Shown in pieces: positions 52,892 through 64,000 of a stretch of DNA of 64,000 nucleotides. The stretch's first letter is position 1, and each line of letters starts with the position of its first letter. The position numbers were made by a program, and so were the translations under genes. The stretch comes from Octopus sinensis (lineage: Eukaryota): assembly GCF_006345805.1 (NCBI RefSeq), contig NC_043004.1, positions 89,218,001 to 89,282,000 of the forward strand, given 5' to 3'. The notes below the pieces were generated by a model. It had not been told where the DNA came from and searched no databases. It saw nothing but the letters and a program-made list of their open reading frames with translations.

Positions 52892-53944
52892 CATGCATAT
52901 ATTTCACAGCTTACTGTTCACCATTCATTACCCAATATCATAAAGAAAAAATAATAATTATTGCCAGTCATAAGCAATGTCTTTATACGTAGTTATATAA
53001 TGTGTTTTTTAAGGAAATACTGATGCAAAAGAAAGTTAAGTCTTTGCTTGTTTGTTTTGTATAAAAGTATAAATATTTATATATTCATCCCATGAGTGAA
53101 ATTAAGTGAGTAGCTTGGTTTTATAGTCAGTAAAGGCCATCAACAGTGATAACTTCTCTAGGGTGAAGACATGTTCAACCTGCTAGAAACAGCAGCAAAA
53201 TATCAGATAAAAAAAAACATTATCCAGGTCATCAGTTTTTAATGTTCACTTCGCATGAACTGGACGGAACTTGCTGAGGCAGATTTTATTACAGGGGTAT
53301 GCCCTTCTTGTGATCAACCCTCACCTGTTTCCAAGTCAGGTAATATTTTCCCGTGACCAGAAACGAAGGACATGACTTGCAAGAGGGTGACATTCATTTA
53401 CAACTGTCATACAAAGTCATAGCAAGGAAACAGTTACATACACACACACACACATTTCAATGTGATGGTAACATAAAGAAAGAGGTGTGGGTTCAAGTCC
53501 CATGCATACAGGAAAACCTACTTTTTTTGTCGAGGGCTTATAAGGCCCATTTTTAGACTATTTTCCTTGGTCATTGTGCAGTGATTTCTTATAAGCTTTA
53601 AGCTTATAAAATACTATATATATATATATATATAATTATATACACACACACACACATGCATATACATACATCTTTTATTTTTCCAGACTGGCCATGCTGA
53701 GGCCTGGCTTGAGAAATTGTAATCAGACAAATCAACCCTAGTATTTATTTTCTTTCTAAGTCTGGTAATTATCTATCAGTCTCTTTTGCAGAACTGCTAA
53801 GTTATGTAGATGTAAACACCACCAACACCAGGTGTCAAGTAGTAGTGGGACACACGCACACACACACATACAAACATACATACATACATACATACAGACA
53901 TACATACATACATATATATATTATATATACGATGCGCTTCTTTT

Positions 53945-54325
53945 CAGTCAAAATGACTGCAGCTATGCTGGAGTACTGCTGAAGAGGGTTTTTAGTCAAA
54001 GCAATTGACCCCAGGAATTATTCTTGATAAGCCTAGTACTCATTCTGTCGGTCTTGTTTACCATACCCCTAAGTTATGTGGACATAACACATCAACACTG
54101 GTTGTCAAATGATGATGGAAAGGGGAACAAACTGACACAAAGACACACACACAAAAATATACACATACATATATACGACAGGCTTCTTTAAGTTTCCATC
54201 TACCAAATCCACTTGCAAAGCTTTGGCCGGCCTGAGGCTATAGTAGAAGACACTTGCCCAACATGCCATACAGTAGAACTGAACCCGGAACCATGTGGTT
54301 GAGAAACAAGCTTCTTACCACACAA
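53945..54325 (-). mobile_element. SINE S1, diverged
   Basis: Reverse complement of the S1 consensus. Confidence 0.8.
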
Positions 54326-54354
54326 TATATAATTATATATATTATATATATATA

Positions 54355-54399
<45 letters not shown>

Positions 54400-54476
54400 T
54401 ACATACATATATAGAGATATATACACAGACACATATATATATGTATGTGTATATATATATATATAAGTTGTGTGTA

Positions 54477-54508
<32 letters not shown>

Positions 54509-54510
54509 TA

Positions 54511-54547
<37 letters not shown>

Positions 54548-54916
54548 ATATATATATATGGGTGATGGCTGTAATTGTTTCCTTGCCGTGGTCTTTGGAT
54601 GACATAAGAGAATGAGTCAAAAGTAATATAAGTAGAAACTACATTACTTTCTGACTCATCTGCAGTCCAGTGTTAGCTTAGCTGGCCAAAACTTCGAAGT
54701 CACTGTCAATAATATTCTTGTTTAAGAGTAACAAATTTGTACTATACAAAAGTATAGAGCAACCCATCAGATTAATAGAAAATTATTTTTATTATAACTG
54801 AACATAAGAACATATATATACATACTTAATTTTATTTAATTTATATAAAAAATTTTATGCATTGGATTAAGTCTTTCTTTGTTTGATTTGCATAATAGTG
54901 GTTTTGTCTCTAATTA

Positions 54917-54947
<31 letters not shown>

Positions 54948-55072
54948 TATAATATATATATATACACAAATACATATATATATACATAATATATACATAT
55001 AATATATTACATATATATATACATACATATATACATACATATATACATACATATATACATACATATACATAC

Positions 55073-55105
<33 letters not shown>

Positions 55106-55278
55106 ATATGATGTTCAAGTTTGTAGGATTGTGTAATAGAAGAATATATTAAGCATGAAATTCCAACTAAGTCTGAGTTTTATGTTTTATTATTTTCAAT
55201 TTTTACAATTTTACAACATTGAAGTAAACTAGTGCTTTCATGCGCTACGCAATCACCAAGTGTATGTAGTGACATACA

Positions 55279-55312
<34 letters not shown>

Positions 55313-56373
55313 CATACATACATACACACATACATACATACATACATACATACATACATACATACATACACACATACACACATACATACATACATACATA
55401 CATACACACATACATACATACACACATACATACATACACACACACACACATACATACATACATACATACATACATACATACATACATACATACATACATA
55501 CATACATACACACATACATTATCGTCGTCGTTGTCGTCGTCATCATTTCACATCCGCTTTCCATGCTGGGATGGGCTGGATGGTTTGACTGAGAACTGGC
55601 AAGCCAGGAGGCTGCACCAGGCTCCAATCTGATCTGGCAAGGTTTCCACAGCCAGATGTGCTTCCGAATGCCAACCACTCCAAGAGTGTAGTGGGTGCTT
55701 TTTACATGCCACCAACAGGGGAGCTAACCAGGCGGTACTGGCATCAACCATTTATATATATATTTATATATGCATGTGTGTGTGTGTGTGTGTGTGTCTT
55801 TGTGTGTATAGTATACACACACACCATATGTATGGTGGATCTCCAGTAGTCACTGATGAGGATTCAGTTGTTTGAAAAACTAAATTACCTGCCCATTGAA
55901 TTAACATTTAAGTGGTTGAGTATTCCATACATACATATAACCTTGATATAATTCTCAAGCAAAATCAAAACTATGGAGGGACCTTTTGAATTACAGATAA
56001 AGTCCATTTGATGGGCTTCTATACAGTTTCCATCTGCCCAGATTCAGTTGCAAGGTATAGGTCGAACCAGAAGCTATAGAAAATGACGTTTGCTTAACAT
56101 GCCATGCAGAGGGATTGAACTTAATATTTCATGATTGGGAGGTGAACTTCTTAACCACTTGACTATTCAGCCATACTGTGCCTACACCCATCCATCCACT
56201 CACACACACACACACACACAAGGGAGCTGTATGTTCTTTGACATCCACAAAACTTTAAGCAACATGAGAAACTAAGTCAACCTGCTAACAAATATGTGAG
56301 TGAATCTATCTTTGTATACATATGTATGTGTGTGTGCACATGTGTGTGTGTGTATAAAATGCATGTATATGTT

Positions 56374-56407
<34 letters not shown>

Positions 56408-56599
56408 TATAATATGATATATATTTATATATTATATATTATATATATTCATATATATGTATTTATATGTTATATATATATACTTATATATATATGTATA
56501 TACTTATATATATATGTATATACTTATATATATATATGTATACATATTATATATATACACAATACACATGCATATGTATATGCGATGTGTACATGTTGC

Positions 56600-56660
<61 letters not shown>

Positions 56661-58415
56661 ATATATGTGTATGTATTATGTATGTATGTATGTATGTATA
56701 TATATTCTAAATATCCATAAAACTTATCTACTTTTTCTATCCAGCGTTTATATCATCCATAAAGTCATAAAGTATTTTGATTTCACAATATCCATCAATT
56801 TCTACTATCGTATAAAATCTATCGATGGGTGCCATCACCACCAGCACTACCATCCGCCATCAATACTACACCTATCACTATCATCAACACCACCACCATC
56901 ACCACTGCCACCACCACCACCATCACCACTGGCACCACCACCACCATCACCACTGCCGCCACCACCACCACCATCACCACTGCCGCCGACACCGATGGTC
57001 TGTGTCAGAAAGTGAAGTTTTTTTTTTTTTTTTATATATTCATAGCCAAATCATAGCAGATTTTTCAGGGGTCTTTTTTATATTTCTGTTATTTTTTTTT
57101 TCTCCAGATTCCAACCACATTCAACTATCGACATGTTAAAAATAAATAAAGAAGAAAATAAAGCATTTTTTTGAGAAAGAAAAGACAAAAACAAATATTT
57201 CAGTTCAGGGAGGAATCTTTTTGTTGGTATGGCTACATTTATCAATAGATGGAATGTTTATTGATGTAGTAGGAAAATTGATTCCTAAAGTAAATGGATA
57301 TTTGTAGAAAAGAGGCGAATGAGCAGGGGGGGGGGCGAGAAGCAGAAGAAAAGAAAAAGAAAAAGAAAACGTTAAGAACAAATGTGTCAAACAAAATAAC
57401 AGTAAACAATAAAGAAAATACACTACGGTGAAAGAAATTCTAGCTTTATGGTATTTCTTTGCCTTTATTGTACTTGTGAAATTAAAAGACCCATTCAAAT
57501 GATACTATCATCTGCATCATCATCACCATCATCGCCATCGTCATTGTCATCATCATCATCGTCATCATCATTGTCATCACTATTGTCATTGTTGCCATCA
57601 TCATCTGCATTGATATCATCATCATCATCATCATCTGCATTAATATCTCTATTGTCTTTGTTGTCGTCATCGTCATCAGCAACAGCATCAACAGTAGTGT
57701 TAGCATCATCATAATCATTGTCTCTGCTACCATTATCTGCATTGTTGCTAGTGTCACCATCATCATCATCATCGTCATCACTACAGCCATCATCAACAAC
57801 AGAGCCATAACTTCATCATCCTCATCATCATCATCATCATCATCATCATCTCTGCTACCACAACCTTTGAATTGAAAGATCCTTTCAAATGATATCACCA
57901 TCATCATCATCATCATCATCCTTGTTGTCACATTCAGTATCTATTCATCCACTCAAGTGAAAAGGTGATCTGTGTTTGACGTCTGTAAACATGTAAACAA
58001 ATAACCAAAGAGTGGGTTGTGTTATATAAACCAAAGTTCTTGTTTGATTTGGGTGACTGTTGCTTTTTTTTTTGTATCCCGTTCTTATTTTTTTCGGTTT
58101 TTTTTTCTTTTACTTGTTTCAATTATTGGACTGCGACCAAGCCGAGGAACCATCTTGAAGGGTTTAGTTGAAAAAATCATCCCCAGTAGTTATTTTTTTA
58201 AAATCAGGTACTTATTACATCATTTCTTTTGCTGAACTGCTAAGTTACAGGGCATAAACAAACCACCATTCAGTTATTAAGCAGTTTGAGCACAAACACA
58301 AATACACACATATACATGTGCAAACACACACACGTACACACATGCACACACACACACACAACAGGCTTTCATACAGTTTCCGTTTACCAGATTCACTTGC
58401 AAAACATTGGTCAAC

Positions 58416-58505
58416 CTTTACGCCATACGGCCATAGGCATAGTGGTTAAGAGTGCGGGCTACTAACCCCAAGATTCTGAGTTTGATGCCAAGCAGTGACC
58501 TGAAC

Positions 58506-58542
<37 letters not shown>

Positions 58543-58716
58543 TCGAAAAATACCTTAGGAATGAGAACCCAGGTTCGAAATTTCCTCAAGACACCTGAAG
58601 AAGGCTTGGAGGGTATATCAGCTGAAACGTTGTGTTAACAACAAACAAGATGAGGACAAATATCCATTGAATGTAAATAATGTACATAATTCCTCATCTC
58701 TTAAATATAGAACTGT
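58416..58716 (+). mobile_element. Family E: tRNA-headed, hammerhead-containing short retroelement, inserted into an S1 copy
   Basis: 10 bp TSD ATTGGTCAAC (58406-15 and 58717-26); tRNA-like head, (AAT)n spacer, hammerhead at 58590-58636. Confidence 0.8.
58590..58636 (+). ncRNA. Hammerhead ribozyme family E, core-intact copy
   Basis: GACAC-CTGAAGA-A-GGCTT/GGAGGGTATATC/AGCT-GAAA-CG-TT^GTGTT; palindromic ACGT stem III, GUU triplet. Confidence 0.7.
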
Positions 58717-58729
58717 ATTGGTCAACTCG

Positions 58730-58769
<40 letters not shown>

Positions 58770-58901
58770 AGAGAAAGCACATAAATGTGAAACAAGGTTG
58801 AAAAAAATAGTACTTGAATACCAGAGGTAGAGTAATATGTTTTATTAAAAAGTAGCAAAAATATAACAACAACTCTTAGTCAGAGTTTCATAAACAAAAC
58901 T

Positions 58902-58936
58902 CTGACAAACGGGAATGTGAAACTCTGAGTAACAGG
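58902..58936 (+). ncRNA. Hammerhead family B, degenerate copy
   Basis: CTGACAA-ACG/GGAA/TGT-GAAA-CTCTGAG-TA^ACAG; G8 replaced by A and stem I broken. Confidence 0.6.
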
Positions 58937-61019
58937 CTTTTTGCAATACCCTTTAGGGTATTCACCAGGGACTTTTCAGCACTCCCTCATACAGCTGGAT
59001 GCTCTTTCTAATGCCAGCCACTCTACAAAATGTACTGGATACTTTTTATGTAGCACCAACACCCACACCAATTTTTTTTTTGCAAGGCATCTTGTCCACA
59101 AAATGGATTTCATTGGTTCATGTTTGTCAGATGGTGAATTAGCAGAATTGTTTGTGCATTGGACATGATGCTCGGTAGCGTTTATTTCAGCACTTTGCAT
59201 AGTGATTTCAAATATGGCGAAGGTCAACTGTGACTTTCATCCTTCTGGGTGGGGGTGGGTTGATAAATAAGTACCATTTTGGGAGCAGAAGACTGACAGA
59301 AACATTAGTTCACTGCTCGGGGTAAGGTGGGGCATAGAGAAGACACACAGATGCTCAATGTAGCATTGACGACAAAGACAATGGTGGTGGTGGAGGCGGC
59401 GGTGGCGACAGCGGCAATGGCGGCAGTAATGATGACATTAACGATCATTAGCACATCAGTCAGAATCCAGTGTCTTGTGGGATTTGTTCTCTGCATTCTT
59501 TGCATTCTGATTTCAGATCCCACTGTGGCTTGTATGAGTGTTAGGCATAACCTTATTAATACCAATCCACCTGGGGCTGCCCTTGGTTCTTAGGTACAAA
59601 CTTCATGATTTTTAAAGTGATCTACATTTAAACCTTCCAGAAATTTCTTGTTAATTCATGTTCCAAATATTAATTTAATAATAATGAAATGTATCATCAT
59701 CATTGTTTTGGCAGCTCCTTTTCCATGCTGAGACAAAATTCATTGAGGCAGATTTTCTATGCCAGTGTGCCCTTCCTGTTGCAAATCCTCACCTGTTTCC
59801 AAGCAATGTATTACTTCCCCATGGTTGGATATGTTTTTCACAGAAAAGGGAACAAATGTATATGGTTTCTGTCAGTTTCCATTTACCAAACCCACTCACA
59901 GGGCTTTGGGTCACAAGGCACTTGCCCAAGGTGTCACAGAGTGGGACTGAACCCAAAACCACATGATTGGCAAGGAAAATAAAGACAATGTAATTCAATA
60001 GAAATATAAAATCCGCCACCTAGTTCAAAACCACCATAGACCAAATTGTAGACAGTCACTTGCAGGCATTCAGACCAGGTCTCTGATAAAGGATCTTTTC
60101 CACTCTCCCTGCCACTAATCTCCAAGGCCCTGTAGAGCCATGAGCACTGCTCTTTCCTCCTGACTAAGAGGTAAAAAATAAGTCTCTTACTATCTGGAGT
60201 TAATGTAACTGACTTGTGCCCCCTCAAAATTGCTGGTCTTGTGCTAAAATTAGAAAGAACTATTATTATTATACCAATAACCATAACTCTAACCCTAAAG
60301 CCTAAATCCTGACCCCCTAATTCCTCACCCCTAACCCTAACCCTAGGGCAATGGACTGGTGGAGTCACTGGAGAGTCAGACCAAACTTCTTGAGGTATTT
60401 GTTCTGGTTCCTTATGTTCTGAGTTCAAATCCTGCTGAAGCCAACTTCATTTTATGTCCTATGAAGGTCAATAAAATAAAAAAAGTAGTGAAGTCCTGAA
60501 ATCAAATCAACTAACCCCTCCCATCAAAATAACCAGCCTTGTCCCTCAATCAGAATCCCTTATTATAATTACAGTGGATGACAGATTAAGTCATCCATCC
60601 AAGACATCAAAATTGCAAAGGAGTGGAACAAACGCCACAAGGTATCTGGTCCCATCTACCATCATTGATTGGTACTTTATTTCATTGACTCCAAAAGGAT
60701 AAAAGATAAATCCGACTTCACTGGGGTTTGAACGCAAAGCACTGTGGATCAAAGCGAATGTGGCAAAACAGCTCAATGATCTGATGCTGGCTCATCCATC
60801 TCCCTCATTGGCTCAGATGTGGATACACCTGTGAAACATTCACCTACAACTTTGGATACATGCTAAACATCTAAAAAAAACCTTCTTTTATTTAGTTTTC
60901 TGTGTCTGTGCGGCTCATCCGGCTATGCAATGCTCCATTTTAGTTGGACAGTCGGAATGCCCCACAGTCCATACCAGTTCCAAGTTTACTAAATAATTAA
61001 CACTGCTATTACTGCCATG

Positions 61020-62251
61020 ATCATTATCATCATCATCGACATCATCATCGTTAACATCATCATCATCATCACGATCATGTGAATATCATTATCATTAACA
61101 TTGCTATCATCATCATCACAATCGCCGTCATCATCATCACTACCATCATGCGATCGCTATCACCATCACCCTTGTCATCCTCACTTATCAGCATCATCAT
61201 CGTCGACATTATCATTAGTCATCGTCATCATCATCATCATTATCATCATCATCTATAGCATAATCATTACAACATATAAACAACCGGATGTTAAATGATG
61301 ATGATGATGATGATTAATAAGAACAACAGCAGCAGAAGCAGCAGTGTTATCATCATTATCATCACTATCATCATTTTCCCCTTTTATAATCATCATCACC
61401 CTCACAACCACACCCATCATCATCATCATCGTCTGTATTATTATTTCCTCTATCATAATCATCACCATCAATATGTAAATGTTAATATCATCATCATCAT
61501 CATCATCATTATCATCATCACTGTCATCATTAACACCATTTTCTCTTCATACTTATCATTGCCCTTATTATCATCACCTCTACTGCCACCACTACCACCA
61601 CCATCATCATTACCATCATTGCCATCATCATCATTGTCATCATCATCATCATCATCATCATCACCATCAACTTCATCATTACCTCTGGCATTCTTACCAT
61701 CATTTTTTCCATCATAGCATCATTGTCATTAACATGCAAACTATCGTAATCCTCCTCATCCTCTTCATCATCATCATCATCATCACCAACAACAACAACC
61801 ATCATCATTCTTGGTGCCAGTCTCACAACCAACCTTCTTCCATATTAGTAATTGATTTGTTCATTGATATTTTCCATTATGTTACTCATCGTTCTCTTCC
61901 CCATCACCACCACCACACTAACCCCCTACCAATCCCATTGAGCCCCCCTCCCCACCACCACCATTAGTAATATCACCCCTGCTAACACAACCAATGACAC
62001 CGCTACCACCACCACCATCACTCTCACTACCACTACAGTCACCCTTACCACAGCGACCAACCATCATCACCACCACCACCACCAATCATCATTATCATTA
62101 TCGTCATCACCACCACATCAACCATCACCACCACCATTATTACTGTTGCCACCACAGCCACCAAGGCCACCACCATCACAAATCATCATCACCAATTATC
62201 ATCATCATCAACATCGTCATCATAATCATCATCATCTTCGTCGTCTTCACC

Positions 62252-62282
<31 letters not shown>

Positions 62283-62860
62283 CCATCATCGTCATCACTA
62301 TCATCATCATCTTCATCATTACCATCATTGTCATCACCATCATCATCATCATCATCATCATTGTCATCACTATCATCATCATCTTCATCATCACCATCAT
62401 TGTCATCACTATCATCATCATCATCATCACCATCATCGTCATCACTATCATCATCATCTTCATCATTACCATCATTGTCATCATCACCATTATCATTGTC
62501 ATCATCATCATCATCATCACCATCATCATTGTCATCATCGTTGTCATCATCATCATCACCACCATCATCATCATCATTGTCATCATCATCATCACTACCA
62601 TCATCGTCATCATCATCATCATCACCACCATCATTATCACCACTGCCACCATCACCATCATCATCATTGTTGTCATCGTCGTTGTTGTTGTCATCATCAT
62701 CACCACCACTACCCACCATTACCAACACTGCCACCACCACCAATCATCATCATCGACGTCGTCATCTCCTCAGTATGTAGGCCACCACTACCACCACATC
62801 TTTCACTAACACCACCAAGACTATATCTCTACTATCATCTCCACCAACACCACTAACACC
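61020..62860. repeat. (ATC)n/(ACC)n low-complexity block
   Basis: Visible repeat; source of the poly-His/Ile/Ser ORFs. Confidence 0.9.
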
Positions 62861-63281
62861 ACCTCCAACAATGTGAAAGAAGACTGTAAAAGAGGGAGTT
62901 TTTTGTAGATAGGTTGTTGTAAGTTTTTTTGTTTTGTTTTGTTTTGAATTTTTGTTATTCTTATTGATGTTGTTCTTCAGCCCTAGGTCAGTCCTGATCA
63001 AACAAGCCTTGATCAAAGTGTTCCAACCATGACATGACCATATCATATTATTTATTTCAAAATATAATCTAGGTCTGCATCACCCAATGTGCACTCCTTT
63101 TTTTAAGATGTTAAATGTGAGGGGGGGACTCTGGCTGTTATTTCTAGCATATAGAGTGCACCCTAAAAGACTCCATGTTGTTGATGTTGTTAGAATCTCT
63201 AGAGATTGCTCAAATATTTGAAGATGATTCATAAAAGTCTCAAAGATAGTCCAAGATTTAATGATTTATCCCAGTGTACTT

Positions 63282-63473
63282 CATTCTATGTTTAAGAGAT
63301 GAGGAATTATTTACAGTGTTTACATTATTTACATTCAACAAATATTTGTCCTCATCTTGTTTGTTGTTAACACAACATTACAGCTGATATACCCTCCAGC
63401 CTTCATCAGGTGTCTTGGGGAAATTTCGAACCTGGGTTCTCATTCCTAAGGTATTTTTCAATGTTGTTGTTGC

Positions 63474-63508
<35 letters not shown>

Positions 63509-63598
63509 TCACTGCCTGGAATTGAACTCGGAAACCTGGGGTTAGTAGCCCACGCTCTTAACCACTATGCCATATGCCCATAGGCATATGGCATAGTG

Positions 63599-63657
<59 letters not shown>

Positions 63658-63825
63658 TAATAATAACAACAACAACAACATCAAAAAATACCTTAGGAAT
63701 GAGAACCCCAGTTCGAAATTTCCCCAAGACACCTAATGAAGGCTGGTGGGTATATCAGCCAAAACGCTGTGTTAGTAACAAACAAGATGAGGACAAATAT
63801 CCGTCAAATGTAAATAATGTAAATA
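63282..63825. mobile_element. Family E head-to-head inverted dimer inserted as one unit
   Basis: 14 bp TSD ATCCCAGTGTACTT (63268-81 and 63826-39); 21 bp perfect inverted repeat at the centre; mutated hammerheads at 63369-63414 (-) and 63728-63773 (+). Confidence 0.85.
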
Positions 63826-64000
63826 ATCCCAGTGTACTTTTGTTAAGATTTTCTTCATAACTTTCCAAAGCAAAAATCCAAGGAATCAATGTTTATCCCT
63901 TAAACTAGTGTTTATCTCTTGAGTAAGTAGTTTTTCCATGAGCCTCTATTTTTCTTTTGAACCAGCATTTTTCTGTTGGGTCAATATTCTTAATTTGAGC

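Noticed and set aside
58436-58500. tRNA gene call (ACT anticodon-like loop)
   Set aside because: Acceptor and anticodon stems do not pair properly; it is the head of repeat family E. The same applies to the heads of S1, S3, S4 and S5
61994-62856. Poly-His/Ile/Ser/Asp ORFs resembling histidine-rich structural proteins
   Set aside because: All frames are open because of (ATC)n/(ACC)n; no signal peptide, Gly-His motifs or splice signals

Overview
AT-rich, microsatellite-saturated eukaryotic DNA. The repeat families look like those of Octopus (cephalopod); this is my recognition and was not database-checked. Most of the window is intronic or intergenic: many copies of several tRNA-derived SINE families, RTE-tailed non-autonomous repeats, MITEs, and dead fragments of CR1/L2, RTE, R4/Dong, Tx1/L1, mariner and possibly Gypsy elements. 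Almost all ORF-track entries are microsatellite or SINE artefacts. Only one convincing host coding exon is seen (9331-9583, + strand, unidentified protein), preceded by an RFX X-box-like motif. The most striking signal is a set of eight minimal type I hammerhead ribozyme motifs from five sequence families, with palindromic stem III as in Penelope-like elements. One family combines a tRNA-like Pol III head, a 5' fold-back hairpin and a hammerhead. It occurs twice as TSD-flanked insertions with inverted arms of different length (58.4 kb and 63.3-63.8 kb). Repeat boundaries are approximate, read by eye.
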